Assembly (NCBI GenBank): GCA_002633005.1
Contig: NMRA01000387.1
Coordinates: 55,658-119,657 of the forward strand
Direction: 5' to 3'
DNA from: Phoronis australis
Taxonomy: Eukaryota > Animalia > Phoronida
Length of the DNA: 64,000 nucleotides
The position numbers and the translations under genes are program-made. The notes below the pieces were generated by a model. That model did not search any database and was not told the DNA's origin. It saw only the letters and a program-made list of their open reading frames with translations. Position 1 is the first letter of the stretch; each line of letters opens with the position of its first letter. Of this stretch, positions 35,331 through 44,760 are shown piece by piece.

Positions 35331-38299
35331 CTGTAGAGACATCTTGAAACTAATTGGAGTCAACCGATAGGTCTACCAGAAATTCAACAGTGTCGAATGG
35401 ACATTATCAGATTTTATCCTAACAATAAAATACGATTAAAATATACATTGCAAATCGAATGCCCATTTGAAACTATGTTATATACTGAAAAGTTTCAAAA
35501 TTAAAGAAACGGAGTTCATTCCAGAATTTCAAAATATTGGGCAAACCGGACTTACTTGACCAAAAAAGTATATTCAAATGGAAAATTATCTACATTTCAT
35601 AAACTATGAACATGAAAAATTAATTTAACACTAGAAGGTCCTCTCTGGATCTTGTTTTATTGAGTATTCACGGGTTCTAATTCTGTTGTCTCGAAATACG
35701 CACGCGCGTGTGTGTGCTCTTTGCCTATTGTACTTTGATTCTGGGTTTTCACTAAACGAATAAAATGCTGATATAAGGTCAATTTCTAAGTAAGTGTCAG
35801 GACATCTTGATAAACAGTATGTCACCAATGTATTGAGGTGTGTTTTATGGTACTTAACATTTAATAAAACAAATTAAAAATAAGGGAACGCTTGCTAGAA
35901 TATCCAATTAGAAAGAAAGAAGGAAATTGCTACAGTGTACTTGAAAACGACGTTGATAATGTTGAGCAGCGCAGTACATTGGCGGGTCGAGATGGTAGCA
36001 AGTGCCACCTAGTGACTTCCTGGTGAAATGTGTGTACAAGTAAATTCAGGAAAGAAACAATTTGAAAATAAATTGCCGTTTTAAACAAAACACTACAGCT
36101 GACACAGTTAAAAAAAGTTTGAAAATATGATAAAACCATAGTAATTCTAAATATTGCCCAGTCGTTATTTGATAGTGAAATAACACAACTAATAAAAAAC
36201 TAGGACTTGTTTCATTAGGGTAACGATGAAAATAACCTCGCAAAACAAGGTTTCGTGAGATTGTAATGGTAATTGGTTCTCAGATGGTTTCCAGCACATT
36301 GGAGGACCCGGGGTTCTTTGTTAATTTACACGTTATTTGGATATTTGCAATTTAAGGAGACTATGCATCTTGAAGCCATACGTATAACTATTACAATTCC
36401 AATCCGACCACACAATAGTTATGGAAAACGATAAGTGACAACTTGCTTTATTTCACGAGTTGATTTTTGTTACTGTTGCATAAATTTTTACGCCTAAAAC
36501 TTGGAGTCAGTGGACATTTTAGTCTTTACACTAAACCTACAAATGTGTGTTTGTGAATTTCTTTTTAGTCCAGATAGCTTGAGAACTTGGTTGTCAAAAA
36601 ATAACGTCTCAACGTATCTTGGAGAAATGACTTAATTTTAGACAATCGAGGTTTGGCCTAGAAGGCCTTGAAAGACAATACTCTCGAGGTCTTTGTACAC
36701 AACTGGACAAAGAAATAGGCTATGCAAATTTCGTGAGAAGAATTAATGATTGAGGAAAAACATAAAAAATACCAATTTTATAGTAGAATTGCAGCCATAT
36801 GATTGCATTACTTGCACGTAAAATGATTCTGTGATCATCATGGATTTTTCAGATATGTAGCTGCAGTGGTATACTATAATACTTACGAATTTATTTGACA
36901 GTAACCAAGCCTGCTATATCACTAAGAATCCTCCCCCCCCCCGCAAGAACATGACCAAAAACACCGCCGTTTAAGAGACTACGCGAATATTTTTCCTTCG
37001 AAAAATCAATATGCCCCCGCTCTTGCACATCTTTAGATCCGTCGGTGTATTATCACCACTCAAAGCGTACTTGATGGTGAAGTCCTCCACTGAGAACTCG
37101 GATGGGGTGTGGAATGACTTACCAAAATCCTTCTGTTCAGTGTGGTAATTTCTGAAAGTAAAATAACATACAAGGTACATTTTCTAAGAAATATGAAGGC
37201 TGTTACTATTTTAATTGAAACTCTTTTACTTGCACCACCAGTAAAAAAGAACGAGGACGCCATGATAACATAGTTTTTCAGAATTATTATTGCTTGTTGA
37301 TCCTTTGAAAATTGCACTCCAGCTGTCACCTCAACATTCGCAACATTCTAATTTCGTCAATGTTCGTCATCACAACATAACGATAAAAACGCGTTTTCGC
37401 AAGGCAGGTCACTTCTAAGGGGGGAGGGTTAACACTGAAGATCCACGACAGGTTGCTTCTTATTGTTATTATTTTGACATAATAGGAATGTCCTCTTGAT
37501 AATAACAATACCTAATAAATAAACTTCATAAAAATGCTGCAGTTCATTTTTTTCTACTGTTTTTTATCAATTTGCCAGTGATCAGCATTTATACTGATTA
37601 CTCCAATTATGAAATTTAGTTACGGGATACTTTCAGCCTAATAAAAGATGCTAACTCCCAGTTGATCAGTCGAATCTGTGTAAAAAATAATGCTCACTTG
37701 AAATATTAGATTGACAATCCTCACAAGTTTGGATTGTGTTTGAAAACTTGCTCCTTTCAAATCTTCTGAATCGATAATTGTGGCTAACGCTTTGCGAGTT
37801 AAATGGCGGCTGTGCCTGGTAAAAACTCTCCCTTTATCCGTGAGAATCCCACTGTAGCTTTTATTTGTAGCGATTAGCACGTGCAATAGCATGCGACGAA
37901 ATCAGTTGCTAGTGATATATGATTTTAAGCAAATTTCAACGCTCTTCTTAAACATACTAAAAATGACTCATACGTTACCAGATCTACTGTGCATTTTCAA
38001 CATGGCATCGATGTTATCTCGAATGTCCCGCATTTTTTCCACAAATTCTCCTGAGAGCGCGGCGGATCTTCTTCTTCTCAGAGAATGCCTTTTGTTTCCG
38101 TACGATTTCAGATCACCACGGACAGCAACCCCAGGTGCTGCGAGTAGAAAAAATGTTTTACAGAAATCCATCAATTCGTGGCGATGCAGGTGGAGGTGCA
38201 CAATGAAATTCAGTTAACATTGAATACATCTGGTGTTGCGTTGAATTCTAGATTCAAGTTTTGACTGCACTAATTTGCTAAAATCCGTTATCAGAAGTT

Positions 38300-39310
38300 T
38301 TGAACTAAAATGAAGCAGAAAGGCTGTCTTTAAACACCGATTGCTTCAAGGATCTGCTCTAAAGTGTCACGAATGTATTTCCTTGATTGCTTCGTTCTTA
38401 TTGCGTTACCATATATGCTGCATTGAGTTTTTCTAGAAACCTTCAACAGTTCAAGTATAGACAAGGGTACAGAGTGTAACTGCAAGTAGGGAGATCCAAG
38501 GGAAAATGTACGAATGAGACATAAAGAAGCACACCCGAAGTAAATTTGATTCTGCAGCTTGTGGGATTAAGAATAAGAAAAGCGTATAGTTCGGGTTTTA
38601 CAACAAGAACATCTGGATGCGATTTATACTCAAATTTTATGAATAGTATTAAAAATCACACTGTTTCACACAGCAAAAGGTGTCAGAATGTAATAAGCGC
38701 CACATACAGAATGTTAGGACCACGTCACGTGAAGCGCGTTCTGTTTAGCTAGTTAAAAACAAAATTGTAATTAGTCTTTTTACTGTCGTAAAGTCAGTCT
38801 AATAATATTCCTTACCATGATATAACTCTGTTTCCGTAACCAACATAAACATCGAAACCATTGGCTACTCAAAAAACGTTTCAGACTGTGGTTTGCCAAT
38901 CCTAAAATTGCGAATCCAAAAGTGGTGCATTGCCAGTGACTTGAGCTAGTAACAGAAATAGAATCCCATCTGCCAGAATAAATATTGGTTGAAGTAATTA
39001 GTACAGATAGTTCCATTCAAGTTGCCCAAAATTTGTACATATGTACTTTTGAAAAATGGGGTCAAACTTGTTTACATGTATTTTTGACATCAAGATCTAT
39101 TTTTAGATGATGTTTATCACTTTGGGCCAGGGGTCAATGCACTCTAAGCATTCTAGAAATTTCTGAGGGCAAATCGTTACAGCCAATGTCATGATTGGAT
39201 AAGATCATGTAGTTTTTATTAGCCATTCCTTAAGTAAGTATGCATACATTATTATAATTATTATAATTTGGGCAGAAGTTTTCAAAATACTCTGATGAGA
39301 TTAAGCAGTT
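38300..39310. pseudogene. Decayed paralog of 600-1385
   Basis: Direct-orientation homology to 1140-1385. The plus frame reads QVAQNLYICTFEKWGQTCLHVFLTSR versus VSQNLCICQTCLHVLLTST in the other copy. Confidence 0.3.
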
Positions 39311-39332
39311 GAAGTTAGAAGACCTGCTACAA

Positions 39333-39890
39333 TGTATAGAAGAAATTCTACAACAGAGCCATCTCGTGGAAGATTCTAAAGAGGATCTTGGAAAGGGCAG
39401 GGGTTAACGAACGGGAAGTTAACGAAGAGCTTGCCACTTGCATCGTGGGTAGTGATACTGCCTTCAGTTGTTGTGTCACGAGAGACTGTGACCAGCAAGA
39501 GGAATCGTGGGTAGAAGATACAGACTGTAAGTGTTGTGTCACGAGAGGCTGAGACCAGTAAGAGGAATAGCATGTAGAAGATACTGCCTGCACGTGTTAC
39601 GTCCTGAAGTAAGTACACTGTCGAAGCACTGTGTGTGTTACTTCGAAGAGTTACCAACAGGACCGTCATCTAACAAGTGTCGAGTCCTACAGCTTGGATT
39701 CCAGATAAGACATTTGATTATTTATAGTTAATTGATTGCATTAATCCTTATAGATGGCGCTAGGGTAGTTACTTTTCTTCATTCTTAGTTTACTTAAAAA
39801 TAGGCATCACTTATTTTAATTTGGTGCTATCATTTGATAAATTAATTACGGGATTTAATCATTCAAAGTTCTCCATATGTATGCACAATC
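39333..39890 (-). mobile_element. Possible solo LTR with internal ~60-bp tandem repeat
   Basis: TGT start, duplicated GTTGTGTCACGAGAG.CTG.GACCAG.AAGAGGAAT block, AGATGGCGCT motif. No TSD confirmed. Confidence 0.3.
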
Positions 39891-40964
39891 CCAAAGCATA
39901 CCTACAGTGTATCTTTTAAACAAATCCACAGTCAATTTCTGACGCCAGTCTACGAGATTGACTTATCTTATGAAAGTGATTTTAAAGTGAGCTTAACAGA
40001 GCAAAATGCTGCTTTAAAGCCTTCACATCTTGGTCAGAAATGCTTGAATTTGGAAACGAAAAATTTTGGTATCATCTTTTAAGTGTTTCTTCCTCAGTTT
40101 GTGTCCTTTTAATCAAGAAATAAAAGCAAAAATTGAAAAATTCAAAAAGCTTTCATAATTTTGAAACAAACACAACAGAAGCGAGTGCCATTTACCAGAA
40201 TTTAATTCAGATAGTATCACTATAATTAGATTTAATCCATTCTGTCAAACGCACTCGGCGGGACACACATATTACCCGAAACTGAAGTGGTTACGAAATT
40301 AGCTCGTGGTTATAAAAGGCTTTATCTACCACTCTAAAAACAGGACTGTCCGCAGACTGAGAAGGCTTCGACTCGGCGGTGCAGGAGGCGGGGTCGAGTT
40401 CGTAGGGCCTCAAACAAGCAGTCTGCTATATGGCGAGGTCCAACTCATTATCTGTTTGCCTATGGCCCGATTGTCGTCTTCATCCCCATCCCCATACACG
40501 TCTTCATAATACTCGTCAAGCTCGCTCTCTACTAAGTCTTTATAACTTTCAAAAATCTCTACTATCTGCCATTGCACATAAACTGTCAACTGATCAACGT
40601 CTTCCAATGATTACATCAGGTGGCGAGACACCAAAAAGCATTAATTTTTTAAATTCAAAATTTCTCAATTTTTTCTCAAAATGAGTGCTTTTTAGTTAGA
40701 TTTTGAGCTATAAAATTACCATACAAGGTCCAAAACCTTTGAGAGTGCACAAATCTATCGTGGGAACGTTTTAAAGAAATGATAAAAAACTTCTGCTCGG
40801 GAAATTGTGTGCATGCACCGTATAACGCGTGTTTGATTCATGCGCTTGTATACGAAACAACGCAGTAAAAATAAATATAGATTATTACATGTTCTCAGTC
40901 GTTATCCCCCCTTATTTAGAGCCCTCGTGGATTTTGTAGAAGTATCACCCTCGGGGCGTTAATA

Positions 40965-42785
40965 TTTATACCACATACTGAACGAGAAACATTGCAATGA
41001 ATTGATCTACCTTCCTCGACTCGCCTCTGCTTTGTAACTACTTTCTATGTCAGAGGCCCGGGGTCGGAGGTGGTAACCTTTTAAGAAAAGCCGTTATGTT
41101 TTTGTAAAATAATACTTTTACTCAAAACCAATTGAAAAATAAAACAAAATAGAAATAAAGTGAATCTATAAATTAAGGTTTAGCAACTGTTATAGCTTAC
41201 CACACATTTTATCACGCTAAGCTTCGACCGGGAAACTATCGTCTGCTAAAGTAGGTTACCACTAGTAACTGACTATAATGCTCAAGTCAAAGGATCCCGA
41301 CCACACGACACCTGCATTCAAATTGGAGATCGGTGATTTACAAGTGCGAGAACACGAGAGAAAAATTTCACTGAATTAAAATATCGTTTTTATGGAAATT
41401 ATGCGTCTTATTTTTCATAGCGTATAATTGTCGGTGCAATGCCCTTTGCTGAACATGCGATTGTTGCGCGTGCTCATTTAAGTATTCTATTTTCACGTTC
41501 GATGACGTCAGCCGCTGAGTGGTGTAGTGGTAAAGTTGGCGACTCGCAACTATTGAGGCCCGGGTTCGAATCCGGCCTCGGTTTCCCGCCAAAATGTTAT
41601 CTCACTATAATGGGTTATTACACTTATTACACGGTTGTATCTGCCATTCGAGGTTTATTAAAAAATTATTCAAGCGTTTATCTTCTAGGTGCATTATCTG
41701 CGATTATCCGGATATTGTATACGTCACGTTCTCAACTATGAAATACTGGAAAGTAGAGCCAATCCGTATTCAACGGTAGACGCAGTTTTCAACAACAGGA
41801 AGCCGTATTTCACGGTTGGTGAGCAGTCTCCTTGTCGAGTAAATTCGCACGTGCACAACCAAATTTGATTGAGCTCGTTCATTTGGGTTACCATCCTGAA
41901 AAAGCAGTTTTAATGCTCTAAAAACAGAAAAATACCTGGGAAACTTCCGACACACGGTGATCAGGCGGCTATTTTTGGGCCTCGCTGGAGTTTCAATCTG
42001 GGTCATCATCAATGGGTCAAGATAAGTAGTGTTCCCGGCCAGCAAAATCAACCAAAAATCTAACTCAAATCCAGCGAAAATGTTTCGTTTATACCACAAT
42101 ATTAGCCTCGAATGGCAAAGACAGCCGTGTAATAACCCATTTAGTTATTTCACTAGTGAGATAACATTTTGGCGGGGAAACCGAAACCGGTTTCGAACCC
42201 GGGTCTCAAGAATTTCGGGTAGCCACCATTCAGCGGCTGACGTCATCGAGCGTGAAAATACTGAATACTTAAATGAGCACGCTCAATAATCCCATGCTCG
42301 ACAAAGGGCATTGTACTGACATTTATACGCTTTGAAAAATAAGACGCCTAATTTCCATAAAAACGAGATCTTAATTCAGTGAAATTTTTGTCTCATGTTC
42401 TCTCACTTGTAAATCACCGATCTCCAATTTGAATGCGGGTATCGTGTCGTCGGGATTCTTTGACTTGAAAATTATACTCAATTACCATTGGTAACTTACT
42501 TAAGCAGACGATAGTTTCCCGGCCGAAGCTTAGCGTGATAAAATGTGTTTTAAGCTGTAATAGTTGGTAAATCATAATCTATAAATTCACTTTATTTCTA
42601 TTTTGTTTAAACTTTCAATTGGTTTTGAGTAAAAGCATTATTTTACAAAAATAGCTCTGCTTTTCTTAAAAGGTCACGACCTCCGACCTCGGGCCTCTGG
42701 CATAGAAAGTAGTTACAAAGCCGAGGCGAGTCCAGCAAGGTAAATCGATTCATTGCAATGTTTCTCGTTTAGTATGTGGTATAAA
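40965..42785. repeat. Long inverted repeat: arms ~40965-41623 and ~42127-42785, ~500-bp spacer
   Basis: Arms are reverse complements over ~650 bp (e.g. CCACATACTGAACGAGAAACATTGCAATGAAT vs ATTCATTGCAATGTTTCTCGTTTAGTATGTGG) with moderate divergence. Confidence 0.9.
41514..41583 (+). other. tRNA-derived Pol III head (pseudo-tRNA); degenerate mirror copy at ~42178-42237 (-)
   Basis: A box TGGTGTAGTGG, B box GGTTCGAATCC and T-arm present. Anticodon and D stems do not pair. Confidence 0.7.
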
Positions 42786-42788
42786 ATG

Positions 42789-42929
42789 ATTATTACATGT
42801 TCTCAGTCGTTATCCCCCTTATCTAGAGCCCTAGTGGATTTTGGAGAATTATCGCCCCTCGGGCGATTATTCTCCAAAATCCACTCGGGCTCTAGATAAC
42901 GGGTGATAACGACTTCGCCATGTAATTAT
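42789..42929. repeat. ~140-bp imperfect palindrome (Crypton-like MITE); its left half is also at 40881-40960
   Basis: TTATCTAGAGCCC.AGTGGATTTTGGAGAAT.ATCGCCC-CTC-GGGCGAT.ATTCTCCAAAATCCACT.GGGCTCTAGATAA. Confidence 0.75.
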
Positions 42930-43571
42930 ACATATCTACACTCCGAGCTAAGGTCTTAGACCTAATAACGAGTATGTGTTTTTAATGAGCCAATCGTCTG
43001 CTCGCAGCGTACAACCTACTCTGCGACGCTGCAGGTCCGAAGCGTAAAATCTGATTTTTTGTGATACAGTCCTTACCTCAAGTTCTGCAAATGAGCACAT
43101 TTTCCACCGTTATTTTCCAATGCTGCGATCAACACGGGGAAATGTTTCTATTAGTACTGTTCACAGCCTAAGACAGGAAAATAGACCAAGAAAATTGAGA
43201 AATTCATCGAATCTAAAACGACACACTACTGCAGATAACTCTGTTCAGGGAATGTTTCATTTTTTATATTCCGGGATGAATTGCTTCTAAGTTTCCGACA
43301 AACTTTCGATATTATTGATTGGTTCAGTGCGTTCACTTATATATTTCGCAAACTAAAGATTCTGATCAATTCATTATGAAATGAAACTTTACTGGTTATT
43401 CAACACTTTCACAGATTATCTTGTCGCTTAACCGGCTTGGCATACATATGACGTCATATAACAACAAGCCGGATCACACGGCAACAAGGTATTGCCACGA
43501 TGATGCAAATAAGTCTTCGGTCTCGTTGGGACATTCCCAGATGAAATGAATCCTCCATAGGTTATAGCAGT

Positions 43572-43765
43572 CAGTGGCAGATCTACGTTTTCAGTAAGGG
43601 GGGGGAGGGGGTAGGNATCCGAGGCGCATAGCACCGAGCGCCGTGTAAGATTTGTTGTGGTTTTTAGTAGCTGATTTCGTTTTTCTGGCGAAATTTTTTT
43701 CAATTTTTATTTTTGATCCTGTCCCGAGGGGGGGCTGGTTGAACCCCCCTGTAGATCTGCCTCTG
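43572..43765. mobile_element. hAT-like MITE with perfect 5-bp TSD (hAT5-type)
   Basis: TIR CAGTGGCAGATCTAC / GTAGATCTGCCTCTG; TSD GCAGT on both sides. Confidence 0.85.
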
Positions 43766-44103
43766 GCAGTTATATTCCCATGTATGTGGGATAACCTATA
43801 TTTCACGAATGGACGCATGCGGATTGATATACCTGATGTTCATGCGCATATCAAACTGGGTGTTAACGCCGGGGCCTCCCAAAGGGTACATTCGACACCA
43901 GTACCTGGCAATGTTTTCCGCTTTTTAATCTTAAATTTTCATTTCTCTTTTTATCATTTTGCATTATCGGGAGTGAGCTGTCCTGCCTAATGCGAGTAAT
44001 AATATTTGTTTTCAAAACACCCAACCTCTTTTTCCGCAATTCCCTCAATGGCGTTTTTGACTAATCCAAAAGGAAAGAACATCTTTAAATGATTTAACTT
44101 TAC

Positions 44104-44329
44104 CTGTATTTTGTCTTAGAAGCTTCTCCATAATTGACATTAAGCTTTTCGTTGTTTCTCCTAGTTCCACAAATTCGAGGGATACCCCCGTGTCACATTG
44201 ACAACATGGAGCCGACAGCACGGGCGAGCAGTTTAGACGTCCAATGTTTTGCTGCGGATGGTCAACTTTTGCATCATATTGCTGTATCAAGAACGCAACA
44301 AAAGTGAATGTTAAAATGCTCCACTTCAT
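44104..44329 (-). pseudogene. Orphan paralog of exon 1 of the secreted-protein gene (open frame, intact donor, no downstream exons recognised)
   Basis: MKWSILTFTFVAFLIQQYDAKVDHPQQNIGRLNCSPVLSAPCCQCDTGVSLEFVELGETTKSLMSIMEKLLRQNT|G with donor CAG|GTAAAG. Homology to 61030-61710 spans ~43860-44480. Confidence 0.7.
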
Positions 44330-44391
44330 ATTGTCACTTTCTGTATCCGGGGGAGACTTGAAAATGACCCGTCATCAAGGAGACATGACAA

Positions 44392-44397
44392 TTTATA
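44392..44397 (-). promoter_or_regulatory. Putative TATA box of the orphan exon-1 copy
   Basis: TATAAA on the minus strand ~63 nt upstream of the ATG, at the same position as in the 61511 copy. Confidence 0.55.
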
Positions 44398-44684
44398 TAG
44401 GAGGAAATAAATATGTCAATTTATGCTGCCTAGCTAGATGAAGCCAATTTGTTTTGACAGAGGCGTTTGCTGTTCAGTTTCTAGTAATTTAAAGTAGTTA
44501 AAACAAGGGCTCACACTCTGACGTCATTGATATCGTGAGGCCCATGGTGCAGCGGAGAACATCGGCGGTTTTCATTGGCTGTTTGGAAGTTTTTAACCAG
44601 GAAGTTGGCGTACGTATGCTTACAAAGTAAAAACATCCGGTAAACCGAAAATCAAATCTCCCTGGTGTGATGTTGTCATCAAGA

Positions 44685-44760
44685 GGAGGTAGTGTGGCCC
44701 AGTGTGATAGGTGCCCGCTTCCCTTACTCGAGGTTGTGGGTTCAAGTTCCATTGAGTCAC
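44685..44760 (+). mobile_element. tRNA-derived SINE head
   Basis: A-box-like GTGTGGCCCAGTGTG and B-box-like GGGTTCAAGTTCC. Confidence 0.55.

Larger units (their letters stand above)
16208..37389 (-). repeat. Head-to-tail array of four diverged units: U1 16208-22205, U2 22206-26088, U3 26089-32827, U4 32828-37389
   Basis: Landmark GAATCTGAAC at 16217, 22221, 26099 and 32837. Landmark CTTCAAGT(A/T)CCTGTA at ~19200, 23930, 27843 and 35321. Colinear blocks with unit-specific deletions and insertions. Confidence 0.92.

Noticed and set aside
38600-38900. NACHT-like motifs on the minus strand (ANGFDVY, ILFLTS)
   Set aside because: They lie in different frames, with no Walker A, and are not clearly conserved in the 600-1385 paralog; insufficient for an NLR call.
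40410-40607. Acidic 65-aa minus-strand ORF as a downstream exon of the orphan exon 1
   Set aside because: No convincing phase-compatible acceptor/donor pair and no homology to exons 2-6; unexplained but unsupported.
41514-41583. Functional tRNA gene (apparent CGC anticodon)
   Set aside because: Anticodon and D stems do not pair, and it is embedded in a repeat arm; treated as a tRNA-derived head.
35331-44103. Splicing of the orphan exon 1 onto the array's coiled-coil exon
   Set aside because: The donor is phase 1 while the coiled-coil frame starts in phase 0, so the join would be out of frame.
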